From positions 26,660,001 through 26,724,000 of the forward strand of contig NC_042998.1 of NCBI RefSeq assembly GCF_006345805.1: a stretch of DNA of 64,000 nt, in the 5' to 3' direction. The notes beneath the pieces are model-generated. The model searched no databases. It saw nothing but the letters and a program-made list of their open reading frames with translations, and was not told where the DNA came from. A program made the position numbers and the translations under genes. Of the stretch, positions 25,268 through 36,980 are shown piece by piece; within the stretch, counting starts at the first letter, position 1; each line of letters starts with the position of its first letter. Source of the DNA: Octopus sinensis (taxonomy: Eukaryota).

Positions 25268-25887
25268 TAACCTTTTAGCATTTAAACCGAACATATTTGT
25301 AGGAGTGGCTGTGTGGTAAGTAGCTTGCTTACTAACCACATGATTCCGGGTTCAGTCCCACTGCGTGGCACCTTGGGCAAGTGTCTTCTACTATAGCCTC
25401 GGGCCGACCAAAGCCTTGTGAGTAGATTTGGTAGACACAAACTGAAAGAAGCCCGTTGTATATACGTATGTGTGTGTGTATATATATTTTTGTGTCTGCG
25501 TTTGTCCCCCTAACATTGCTTGACAACCGATGCTTGTGTGTTTATGTCCTCGTAACTTAGTGGTTCAGCAAAAGCGACCGATAGAATAAGTACTAGGCTT
25601 ACAAAGAGTAAGTCCTGGGGTCGATTTGCTTGATTAAAAGGTGGTGCTCCAGCATAGCCACAGTCAAATGACTGAAACAAGTAAAAGAGAGAGATATCCA
25701 GCCAAAATATTCCACATGTTTTATGTTCAAACTGGCCAGATCTAGCCTCTCACACCTGCCCTACAATGTCATTCTAAAAAGAAACAATCACATCAAAATC
25801 TTCAAGCTATGAGACAATGCATGATTCATTCAAAACAATGTGAATAACATGCATTACTTTTGACAGAGAAATCTGAATGCTAAAGGA
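25268..25887. mobile_element. Second piggyBac-like MITE family, interrupted by a SINE A copy
   Basis: Ends TAACCTTTTAGCATT ... AATGCTAAAGG are inverted; the SINE occupies 25297-25693. Confidence 0.65.
25297..25693 (+). mobile_element. SINE family A, full length
   Basis: GTAGGAGTGGCTGTGTGGTAAG...GGGTTCAGTCCC...GTGCTCCAGCATAGCCACAGTCAAATGACTGAAACAAGTAAAAGAG. Confidence 0.93.
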
Positions 25888-26742
25888 ACAAACAAGAGTA
25901 TTCTTGTTAGATCATTGGTCTGGTGGAATAGCTTTGACTGAGGATGTAAATGGTTGTAAAAACAGTGTATGTGTGTGTGGCAGGCTTTCATTCAGTTTTC
26001 ATTTTACCAAATTTCACTAACAGGGGTTAGTCAGCCCCATCTATAATGAAGACAGTTGTTGAAGGTGCCACACAGGATGGAACCTGAAATGGCATGAGTG
26101 TTAATCAGGCTTTAGTATTATGCAATCATACATCTGCTTTTTGTCACATGTTCAAAATATGCCACTGAACCACTATTAATAGTGACAAATGACCTCCAAA
26201 TTGTATTTTTTTAAATAAAGCAGAGTTACAGTGGAGATGGCTCATATAGATGTTTGACTACACAAAATTTCCTCAGCTGAATGAATTCCCAAAGGAATAC
26301 AGTCATTAAGAGGTGACTGAACAGTGATTTTTATATAATATATTCCATTGAAAAAAACAATAAAAGCAAGTTATTCATCTGGAAATTCAAAAGATCAGTA
26401 GCAATTTTTTTTTTTAATTGTAAAGCAAATTCAGACATGAATTTGATATCAGTTTCTCCCTTTAAACAAAGTTTGTCAATGGAATTTCTGAATTGATATT
26501 TTTATCTTCCAACAATTACCTTGACATTCCTTTAATATTTAGCAAGTAACAAACAGGCGAAGAAAATTTTACTAAAGTACATGTAAGCGAGTAGAAGGAC
26601 ATTGATCTTGTATTTGTTGATAGATGTTATGACTGAATATGAAGAATTTATCATGAAATCAATCTGAAATGCTTTCAAGGTTTTACTGGGAATCATTCTT
26701 GTGTATGAATTTTTCTTTTTTGCACAAATATTACATCAGAGA

Positions 26743-27168
26743 AGGCAGTGAGCTGGCAGAAACATTAGCACGCTGGGCGAAAGGCTTCATGGTATTTCAT
26801 CTGCCACTACGTTCTGAGTTCAAATTCCGCTGAGGTACACTTTGCCTTTCATCCTTTCGGGGTCGATAAATTAAGTACCAGTTACACACTGGGGTCAATA
26901 TACTCGATTTAATCCCTTTGTCTATCCTTGTTTGTTCCCTCTATTTTTAGCCCCTTGTGGGCAATAAAGAAATAAGAAACGTTAGCACATCAGGTGAAAT
27001 GCTTAGTGGCATTTCATCTGTTCTGAGTTCAAATTCCGCTGAGGTTGACTTTGCCTTTTATTTTTCCAGGTTCGATAAATTAAATACCAGTTGCGTACTG
27101 GGGTCGATCTAATCGACTGACACCCTCCCCAAAAATTTCAGGCCTTGTGATTAGAGTAGAAAAGAATA
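26743..27168 (+). mobile_element. SINE family C, two fused copies
   Basis: Same organisation as 7676-8068, but the second unit resumes at AAACGTTAGCAC. Confidence 0.9.
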
Positions 27169-27859
27169 TTACATCAGAGTTGTTGCTGGGTCCCTAATTT
27201 TATCAACGATAAAAAAAAAAAAGAATGTAAAACAATAGGGAACAGGTTTTCTTAACTTCAAAATAAAATTAGCTAAATTAGAATATGATTAACTAAATTA
27301 AAATAAGATTAGCTCAACAAAAATTAGAAAGAGCTTGCTGGAAATTTAGAATGAAGAAAATCTTAGAACGCCTTTTAAGATATGTAACCCAACCAAAGTA
27401 AATTTGATGGGCTGAAAGGAAAGATTTCTGTGTTAATGCATTGAACAAGAAGAGGTTTAAGTCTTCAGCGAAGCCATTAACTGAATCAGTTTGATGCCGG
27501 CCTTGTGAAAGTATCAGAGTCTATCATCAGAAAGATCATTGTTAGCCATAGTGCTAGTAATATTCTGTTTGTTAAACGAAGATCACATTATTCTGCACCA
27601 CATGAAAACAAAATGCTAAAAGTTCCTTCATTCTTTAGAACCCTGGACTGCATTTGGTGTACATTCTAAACACGTCAAAACATTTTATTTTGTTTCTAAG
27701 TAAAGACTTTTGAAGATTCTTTGAGCCCAAGATGTGTAATTTCTTTAACTCCCTGTACCAACATATGTTGGTTCATAAAATATCTTTTTTCATATTTAAA
27801 AATGCTTTTCAAATATCTATCAAGTCTGTTAATTAGCATGTCAGTAATTTCACTGAATG

Positions 27860-28100
27860 GCATGTGGCTGAATGGTTGAGGTATCTAGCTCATGATCATA
27901 AGGCCATGAGTTCAATACTCAATGGTGAATTGCATCCTTGAGCAAGACACTTCATTTCAGGTTGTTCCAGTCCATTCAGCTGACAAAAGTGTGTTGTCCT
28001 GTATTTCAAAGGGTCAGCTCTGTCACATTCCATGTCACACTGAATCTCCCTGAGAACTCTGTTACAGGATACATGTGTTTATGGAGCACTCAATTCCTGG
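27860..28100 (+). mobile_element. tRNA-derived SINE family F
   Basis: GTGGCTGAATGGTTGAG (A box), GAGTTCAATAC (B box), CCTTGAGCAAGACACTT. Confidence 0.75.
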
Positions 28101-28102
28101 CA

Positions 28103-28348
28103 CGTACCTAAAAGGCACCATTCGAGCGTGATTGTTACCAGTGTCGCCTTACTGGCACTCGAGCCCCATGCTAGTAGGGTATTAAGAGCACCATCTGAGC
28201 GTGATCATTGCCAGAGCGGTTATCTGGCCTCCGTGCCAGTGGCACGTAAAAGGCACCATCTGAGCGTGATCGTTACCAGCATCGCCTTACTGGCACCTGT
28301 GCCGGTGGCATGTGTAAAAGATTCAAGCGAGGTCAATGATGATAATGT
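28103..28348 (+). mobile_element. RTE 3'-UTR VNTR fragment
   Basis: Repeated AAAAGGCACCAT..GAGCGTGAT.GTTACCAG..TCGCCTTACTGGCAC units. Confidence 0.7.
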
Positions 28349-30904
28349 TCCATTGATCAGATCAATCAGAACACTCATTGTCATAACCAACAGAGCACCA
28401 GTTTTGAGGGTGGGGAGTTTTTAATTAATTCTGTTAAAGAAACGTGGTGGGAGTAATTTTGTTTTTTAAATTGTATTGATGGTTGATAGTTGTGATATTC
28501 TTTGTTTGGCTCAATTTTGTTTCTTATTTTCAGAAATGACATGAAATTATTAACTGAAAGTATGTGAAAGCTTTTTGTTAATGATTTTAAGATGTTGAAC
28601 ACTGGAAAACAATGAGTTCAGCAAAATTATGTAAAATTTAAATAAACTGAAAACTGAATTTAATTAACCTTGATTGTGAAAAATAATTGTGTTTACATTT
28701 AAACAATGCAAACAATTCTTATTTAATAAAGTGTTGAGTTACTAATGAAGTTACTAATGAAGGCAAGGTCCAGGTGAGTTCATTGATGAGTCACTGATGT
28801 TCCACATAACACTGTATCTAGTAAAAGAAAACAAACCTACACCATCAATGGAACTGAAGAAGAACCTTTTCCCAAGACTCTTTTTGACTAAGGTGTAGCT
28901 ACATCTCAAACGTGATGTCTTCGTTTCCAGACAACATTTCAATGAGATTAGATTATTGCAGAAAATGTACAAAAAAAAAAAAAATCACCAAATCAATTGC
29001 AATGGGGAAATAACTGCCATATGAGACCAAATTTAAGGCGTCTGGTTTGGCTTCTATAATCCACAGATAAAAGGAGAAAGATGTATGTCTTTAAGAAGCT
29101 GTCAGACAACACTGACCTCAACAAAGGTCATATCCTAGAATTCCATCAGCTATTCACATAAATTATTTCAGACGTGATTCAATTAGCTAATAAGGTAGAT
29201 AGAGCAAACCTTCCCTAACAGGATCCATGTAAACAGGAATTAATTATTACTATGGGAGGTTGCTAAGCTGAAGACAACTAACCAATAGACTTTGATAAAT
29301 ATTAGAAGGAGAATGAATTTGGAAATGCCTTTCTAATAATGCAGAAAGGGTGTTTTAGGAACCAACTTATGTCAGCACAAGATATTAAACCAATTATGAT
29401 GAGGAAGAGAACGCTGACACTATTCACTTCCAAATTCTTCTCTCTCTCTTCCTTTCTCTCTCTAATCTCATCAGATTAAGAAATATCTTCTGGCTTTTAT
29501 TCGTGGTATTATTGTTCACTTCTAAATATTCTGATTACATTTTCTAGTTATCACATATCTCATTAGCATTTAAGGAAAATAGCAATCTCTTCAAGCTAAT
29601 CCAAACCTCTAATTATTTCTTTCTGTATATTCCGGGCAGTTGATGAATGAAAAACAATTATAATTTTAATAACTTCACATGATTCAAATTGATGTAAAAG
29701 CAGTAATTTTGCCACTTAAAATTTGTATGAAATTCAATTGCATTTATGTACACTTAATGTGTTAATTTTTGTTTTAAATTGATATTTAATAAAGGAAATC
29801 TAAGTCAATATCATTTTTTTAATGTACTTTATGTAACTTATTTATATTTATGAGAAAATATCAATGTTCAGTTTTATAGGAGAATCATTATGCTAAGCAA
29901 CTTGGCATTAATATTATAATTATTGTTTAAGAGAAAAAAAAATCATAAATATTATAATTACTGTCATAATTGTTATTCTGGTTCCACAAGTTGGCATTGA
30001 TTTTAATGCATTTTATCTAACATAAATGAGAAAAGTTTTCGTTGATGATACTTCTGCAGTTGACGATGACGATGATGATGATGATTAGGAGGTCAACAAG
30101 GAGAAGTAACAGAAGGAGCCAAAAAAAAAAAAAGCATCATGATTTTTGTTTCATGACTGCAGTAATTTACATAGCTTTTAGAATTTAAAAGACATAAGCT
30201 GAAATATAACTTTGCGTTTACTTTGAACGATTTAAAAATTAGGTACTTTCAGGAACTACTGAAATAATATCAAAGTGAGAACTAAATTAATTCCAACAAA
30301 ACGAAATATTTAATAACACCATAAAATTAGTAATTGATAACATTAAAATAGTAATTGACAAAAAATGTTATTTATAACATTTTATGATTCCATCAACTAT
30401 TACTTATAATGCTCCATCTTTGAACTAACGAATATTCAAAATATATATTTATTATTTTCTTTGTGTTTTGTTTTACACAAACCTACTTGAGGCTGCCTCT
30501 CATTCTATGTTATTTTAAAGTGTTGATTGATATTCAAATTAAAATCTTGGTTTTTTTACATAATTACTTAAGATGTGTTCTAAACAACAAAATAATGAGA
30601 TAGTTAAGTATTTTACTAAATCTAACTAAATTCTTGATTATTTGAAAGTTTAATTGAAATGCTTAGGAAGTGAATTGTTATTAGTAATACGGCTACAGAA
30701 GGTTTAATGGAATAGTAAAAATTCCTAAATAAAAGCATCAGAAATACATTAGTTTTCAGATGACAATAAAATTTTATGTGAAAATTGCTGAGGTTGCTGA
30801 AATAAGATATACACTTACAGGCTTTTGAAATATTGGTCGTTTCAATTGTCAAATGTTAAAATTTTAAATAACAGATCTGATTGCTAAGATCTGTATGTAA
30901 ATCT

Positions 30905-31135
30905 ATTGCATTAAATTTTCAAAAGATTACACTTAGAGTCAAAACTATTGAAGAGGTTGCAAGACGCAATGAAAATTTTAGGAAAATAAAAATAAGAAAA
31001 AAGTGGAAATTTTACCGGTGAGTGTGTTACATTATAAGGCACAAAAAGAAAATGACTCTCCCCAGACACAACAGAATATGCTTCAACACACGAACTCATA
31101 TAAAGAATCTTGCAAACCAAATCCAAAATCGAAAT
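30905..31135. repeat. Repeat family G, copy 3 (longest)
   Basis: Near-identical to 15874-15992 and 11200-11395; contains a hammerhead-like motif at 30945-30981. Confidence 0.88.
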
Positions 31136-31204
31136 ACACTAAACTATTCATTTCTATATTACTAACATTAATATATATTTTACCTTAGCATTTTTCATTA
31201 TTAA

Positions 31205-31440
31205 ATACATCATCGTTATTTTTATCATCATTGTCTAACATCCATTTTCCATGCTGGCATGGGGTGACCAGAGGTGACAAGCCAGAGAGTTACACTGGAC
31301 TCCATTGTCTGTTTTGGCAAGGTTTCTATAGATGGATGCCCTTCTTAACACCAACCTCTTTACAGAGTACTGGGTGCTTTTTACGTGGCACCAGCAAATA
31401 TGCTTTTTATACGGCACAGCACATGTGCTTTTTACATAAA
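31205..31440 (-). mobile_element. RTE LINE 3' end (degenerate)
   Basis: CCATTTTCCATGCTGGCATGGG...GGATGCCCTTCTTAACACCAACC. Confidence 0.8.
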
Positions 31441-31509
31441 AAAGGAAAGAACCAATGCATGGCTGTCATAAGTATGAGAAATAGTATAAAACCTCCAACC
31501 ATCAAATAT

Positions 31510-31707
31510 TGGTTTCGAATATGCGGAGCTCTTTGTCAGAAACATAGGAAAAGGAAAGATCCAAAGAAGGGAAGATAGAGGAAAAAAATTGCCAACAGTA
31601 CACACACGGTCACATTTTGAATATATATGTATGTATGTATGTATATATATATATATATATATAAATAAAGTTAATGTGAGGATATATTAACCTCTTGAAG
31701 GGATGAT
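31510..31707 (-). repeat. Direct repeat of 32604-32806 with a degenerate hammerhead
   Basis: Shared GGAGCTCTT.GTCAGAAACATAGGAAAAGGAAAGATCC...GTCACATTTTGAAT-(TA)n-AAAGTTAATGTGAGGATATATTAACCTCTTGAAGGGATGATTA. Confidence 0.9.
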
Positions 31708-31864
31708 TAGAGGTGGGTGCAAATCAATTTCATCAACCCGAGTGTTTTTTTTTTATGTGACACCAGCGCCAGTGCTTTTTATATGGCACCAGGAGTCACA
31801 CCAAGGGTTTTTTTATATTGCACCTTAGTTTTAGGATATCAATTCTGTTGTGGTGGGCAGGCTT

Positions 31865-31975
31865 TCTTGAGTAAAGCAATGTGCTACATACCTTGGTCCT
31901 CTGTCATCTCCTTTGTAAGGCTCAGCATTTTGAGATCTGCCATCAATACTGCATCTCGTGTTATGATTTCAATTT
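31865..31975 (-). pseudogene. RTE ORF extreme C-terminal fragment
   Basis: ORF 31884..32072 ends DLKMLSLTKEMTEDQGM, resembling the end of the RTE at 10555-10640. Confidence 0.6.
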
Positions 31976-32024
31976 TCAATGTATCAAAAGATATTGCAAC
32001 ACAAAATACAGAATACTCTCTTTT

Positions 32025-32208
32025 CACTCTTTTACTTGTTTCAGTCATTTCACTATGGCCATGCTGGAGCACCGCCTTTAGTCGAGCAAATCAACCCCAG
32101 GACTTATTCTTTGTAAGTCTAGTACTTATTCTATCACTCACTTTTGCCGAACCACTAAGTGATGGGGATGTAAACACACCAGCATCGGTTGTCAAGCAAT
32201 GTTGTGGG
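32025..32208 (-). mobile_element. SINE family A, tail half
   Basis: TTTTACTTGTTTCAGTCATTT...GCTGGAGCACCGCCTTTAGTCGAGCAAAT...CATCGGTTGTCAAGCAATG. Confidence 0.88.
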
Positions 32209-32503
32209 GGATGTTTGTGCTAGAGATCATGACACTCCCACATCCCTGAACCTGCAACTCATATTGGCACCAAACATCTTGCTCTGGCTTCTCTCTGGAA
32301 AATGTCAATAGAGTGGAGAGCATCTATGAGGTGTCAGACAAGCCTTATTGGACCTAAAACTCTGCACAGGCATTTCTAACCACTGCTCGATATGTGCTAC
32401 ATTTTTTTTTTCCCCTATATTCAAGGGCACACAATGTTCCTGAAGGTCAGCAATGGTCTTCCTCGGTTACGGGTGGATGGCCATCATATATATATATATA
32501 TAT

Positions 32504-32703
32504 AGTTAATCCAAACATGAAAACACAAAGAGAAAACACAACAACGCGAGGACGTGGAACAAGTATAGTGTTATTGGACGCTCAGGAAAGAAGGAGGGTT
32601 TAACGTTTCGAGCGGAGCTCTTCGTCAGAAACATAGGAAAAGGAAAGATCCAAAGAAGGGAAGACAGAGAAAAATATCGCCAACAGTACACACACAGTCA
32701 CAT
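32504..32703 (-). mobile_element. PLE terminal-repeat-like ~200-bp unit inside TA microsatellite (hammerhead family 2)
   Basis: Near-identical copy at 52798-52990; flanked by (TA)n on both sides. Confidence 0.75.
32598..32632 (-). ncRNA. Minimal type-I hammerhead ribozyme motif, family 2
   Basis: GUUU-CUGACGA-A-GAGC-UCC-GCUC-GAAA-CG-UU-AAAC: 4-bp stem I, 4-bp stem II, loopless palindromic stem III (ACGU), one extra nucleotide after A9. Confidence 0.72.
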
Positions 32704-32708
32704 TTTGA

Positions 32709-32740
<32 letters not shown>

Positions 32741-33199
32741 ATGTATGTATGTATATATATATATAAAGTTAATGTGAGGATATATTAACCTCTTGAAGGG
32801 ATGATTACATCCAAGATTACAGAGGTTTTATACCTTATATTATTGGGAAAAAATTTTCCTAAAATAAATAAGTGTATTATTAAGCATATAATTTATATTC
32901 AATTTAGAGAAAAAAAATAGAGAGTTAATGGTTAATAATTAATTTATTAACTTATTGATAATCATTCCTATAATTGTTTCAATTAATACTCAATTAATAA
33001 ATTCTAAATTTATGAAATAAATTTGTAATTGTGGGAATGATTATGAATAAGTTAATGAATTAATTATTAACCATTAACTCACCATTCACTTCTCTAATAA
33101 ATATATATATATATATCTTTATAATTATGTATATATATATTTATAATTATAATTATATATATTTATAATTATTTATAATTATAATGTATTTATAATTAT

Positions 33200-33335
33200 G
33201 ACAGGCTCCTTTCAGTTTCAGTCAAGAAAATCCACTCACAAGGCTTCAATTGGTCCAGGACTAACATAGAAGACACTTGTCCAAGGTTCCATGCAGTGGG
33301 ACTGAACCTGAAACCACATGGTTGGGAGGCAAACA
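33200..33335 (-). mobile_element. SINE family A, head half (degenerate)
   Basis: CCACTCACAAGGCTT...GAAGACACTTGTCCAAGG...GTGGGACTGAACC. Confidence 0.8.
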
Positions 33336-34035
33336 TGTTAGTTATGGAACTATTCCGGCTCCTTCTATCAACTTCAGTGTAGCTGGATTATGTCTTCCCA
33401 GTGTAGTCTTTTTTCTCTATATTAATGATTTTGCTGCAGTTCATTCTGCAGTAAGCACTCACATGGGAATACAGTCCTCATACATGTTCAGCTTCCTTCA
33501 CACGAGACATCCAACAGCAATCCAGATATCTCCCATCAGGATTTCACTCTTCGGTGAACAGGGACTTAAAAATCTCCTCCGATGGGGACGGATCAACTTA
33601 GTCATCTGTAAAACTCCAACACATTTGCTACACATTAGAGCAGTGCTTCTCAACCTTTTTACCCTTGTATAACCCTTAAAAAAAATTACATGTTTCAAGG
33701 ACCCCTGCACAAAAAAAAAAATTATCTACCATATCTTTCTCATATTTTTCGTCATAGTTCATATGGCAAATATCAAATATATATATATATATATATAAAT
33801 CAAATGAAGGTAAAAACAATTCCTTCAAAGGTATGTAAAACATCCAATTCACTGGTACAACAGTGTTTTTTAAAGATTTGTTTTTTAAAGAAAGCTGTGA
33901 TGAAAATGAAGAAGACAGAGCAGTAAAGAATAATGAAAGTTTATATGCTACAGGATAAGCTAATCAAAGAAAGACTACAATAAAGGAATCATCTTAGCTT
34001 GAAAGGTATATCCTCAAAAACATGGGACAGAGAGG

Positions 34036-34316
34036 CAGCAGTGGACTAGGTCTAAAAATATTGGTTGCCAGGAGACTAAGGGAGCTCACCTGCAACTACA
34101 ATGCTTTAATTTTTTGTTGTTGTTGTTACAAGTATTCTTTTCAACTGTCTACAAACACAGCCAAGCTGAAATAATGTATTCTTCCAGGAGTGAATAAAAA
34201 ATTTTCAAACTTGATGGGTCCCTTAGAGACTAACATGAACTTACATATATGGATTCTAATGGCACAGGGGCCCACTTGCCATCAGGCAAGCTGGCAACTT
34301 GGCTAGTCTGCCACTG
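34036..34316. mobile_element. hAT-type MITE (older copy)
   Basis: Reverse complement of 55696-55988; degenerate TIRs CAGCAGTGGACTAG / CTAGTCTGCCACTG. Confidence 0.8.
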
Positions 34317-34499
34317 CCGAGGGTTCAATATTAAAAAAATTATTGTCATCAACTCACACAGATACACTATCAGCAACATCACCAATTCCTGAAAAAGATA
34401 CAAGACCAGTTCAATCACCTTTCAATATGAAGATCATGATCCCAACAGGTAGCACACACTTCCTGATTTTCTGCTTAGTTGTAAGTTCTACCTTTTCAG

Positions 34500-34625
34500 C
34501 TTGCAAACAACAATCATAAACCTTCTTATGCAATTCAACAGAATTACTCTACTTGGATGTTTTATTTTACTTGTTCTCTTTTCCTATATCAACCATCATC
34601 CAATGACTTAGAGAGTATTTTAAAG
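34500..34625 (+). CDS. Candidate exon (LANNNHKPSYAIQQNYSTWMFYFTCSLFLYQPSSNDLESILK)
   Basis: Acceptor TTCTACCTTTTCAG|, donor AAG|GTAGGA, 126 nt, phase 0-0, open frame. No homology recognised. Confidence 0.28.
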
Positions 34626-35392
34626 GTAGGATGATGTGGTCAACTATTGGGTAAATGATATGTGCTAATCTAACCAAAGGTAATCCATCAGATTCATTGA
34701 CTTGGAAAACCACAGACCCCAATGATGCTAGGTTATTAAGGGCCAAGTTTAACTTTAAATTTAGTTCAAAATTAATAAAGAAATACATATTTCCGTGTGC
34801 GTGTGCATGTGTGTGTGTGTAATTCAGAGTAAACAATCATACATGAACAAGGGATCCAACAGGAATTAAATTGTCAGTCATGTACACAAGAAAGGATAAT
34901 ATCTTGTAGTCATTCTGAGACCTAGTAATACAGTTAAATTATGCTTAGCTGAAGAGGTCTAATAAGCTTGAAACATGCCTGAAGTTGTCACCATACTACC
35001 AAATAACAAACCCATATATATCAAACTAATCTTAATTTAAATTTCAAGGTTGTCTTCCTTGTTTTTTTTTAAGCAGAATTAGTCATTTACAGCTATTGAT
35101 TTTTTTAAAATTAAAAATATAAGAGTAATTTTAAATAATTTTTCTGGATCACTTTCATTAAGTGGATTAGCACTCACTTTACTATGTTTTATCATTGCAA
35201 GCATCCATGATTTTTTCTCAGTCGTCCTTCTGTAGAATAACCAATGCTTCAAATAAATATAGAATAGATTTACAATGTCCAATATTCAAATGTACTAAAT
35301 GCACTTTGAAATGAAACAAATATATTCTATAAAACATTACAGCAGAGATATAAATACATGAATGCATCATCGTTATCAGTAGCAACAACAGT

Positions 35393-35770
35393 GGAGGCGC
35401 AATGGTCCTATGGTTAGGGCAGCGGACTTGCGGTCGGAGGATCGTGGTTTCGATTCCCAGACCGAGCGCTGTGTGTGTTTATTGAGTGAAAACACCTAAA
35501 GCTCCACGAGGCTCCAGCAGGGGGGGGGGGCGACCCCTGTTGTACTCTTTCGCTCACTCTTTCTTCCTGTTTCTTATCCCCAACTTCCTACACAACCGCT
35601 GAGCCTGGATGCGCATTCATCCATCCGTCAATGCTCTCGGTGTCAGGGGTTGATCTGCTTTCTCTTCTGCGGGTCTTACCAATAGCAAAGGACCACATTT
35701 CAGACTTCTCTCACTACAGAAGACTGCTTCATTCAACATCAACATCAGCAGCAGCAACAACAGCAGCCTT
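35393..35770 (+). mobile_element. tRNA-derived SINE family E
   Basis: GGAGGCGCAATGGTCCTATGGTTAGGGCAGCGGACTTGCGG...GGTTTCGATTCCC head; related to 55385-55650 on the minus strand. Confidence 0.8.
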
Positions 35771-36084
35771 TAAACATCTCTTTTTCCATATTGGTATGAG
35801 ATGGGTTACCTGATCTGCGTCATCTTTTACATATTATATGTTAATCCCCACCAATCCTGCGTGCATTGAATAATGCCCAGCTTCCTTCTTATCTCACTTG
35901 CTCTTCACCTTTCCTGCAAGATAAGGATGTACATCATTTCATACTCAATTAGTTTCTCTTCAAATATAGTTTCCACAAATCTTCTGTGTCTAGAATCTCT
36001 GTGCCTTGCAAAGCCACCTTAAATTCTTTAATGTGCACACATCTCATGATGTCTCCCTTTTGCACACAGACTTAAACTCACTGT

Positions 36085-36186
36085 TGGCAAACTCCCTGGT
36101 GCAGCCATCTGGTTCGCCCGTCCTCAGTCAAACCATCCAACCCATGCCAGCATGGAAAGCAGACATTAAACAATGATAATGATGAA
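36085..36186 (+). mobile_element. RTE LINE extreme 3' end
   Basis: CAAACCATCCAACCCATGCCAGCATGGAAAGCAGACATTAAACAATGATAATGATG. Confidence 0.85.
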
Positions 36187-36732
36187 TATAAACTACAGAA
36201 TCCTCTGCATGAGAATCCTTCCTCAACATTTTCTTCTTGCATCCTTAATGATAGATCATTGCAGTAGGACTAGTTAGATCATAAATGAAAGAAGATAGTT
36301 CATGTATAATCTGCTTTTCCATTGAAACTCCCTGTTAAAAATATGAACCAGATGCTAAAGGGTGAAGCTTAAAAGATGATTCAGCACAACTCACAAAAAA
36401 ATAAATTGTGCAGCGGTGGACAGGAAAATAAAATATATATTCATATAAAATATACATTATCTTATGAAGAAGAATGAGTAAAAAATGTGAAAAAAAAATC
36501 GTCCCTATTCAAAGAGTAATTTGTTTATGTTCCAGTGTAATGTTAACTTAATATTATGTTAGCAATAGGTATAAACTAGATCACTTGCCATATAGCAGTA
36601 GCACGGAAATAGACGGGGATATTTATAAATACTGGAAATGGATGATTGTGATGATATAAGCTTGATTATGTCTTTCCTTTTACTACTGCAGAGAATTGTA
36701 TTTTAGTATCATTTAGTACCATATTACTTTCC

Positions 36733-36771
<39 letters not shown>

Positions 36772-36921
36772 TAGCAACAAAATAACGAATGATTTCTTTT
36801 ATTGCCAATAACTTTATATAGTTATACAATATACATAATTTCAAAATGTATTGATGCATCATGACTGCCATTTGCATAGCAGCATAATTCCCATAACCCA
36901 ATATATATATGTGTATATATG

Positions 36922-36980
<59 letters not shown>

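Noticed and set aside
33641-33715. hAT-like TIR CAGTGCTTCTCAACCTTTTT
   Set aside because: No matching second end or TSD was found.
34945-34985. Hammerhead-like CTGAAGAG...GAAAC motif
   Set aside because: Stem II pairs poorly, the cleavage position would be G and the stem I register is off by one.
35393-35470. tRNA gene (and the similar heads of SINE families A, C and F)
   Set aside because: A and B boxes are present but there is no complete cloverleaf I could fold, and each head continues into a dispersed-repeat body.
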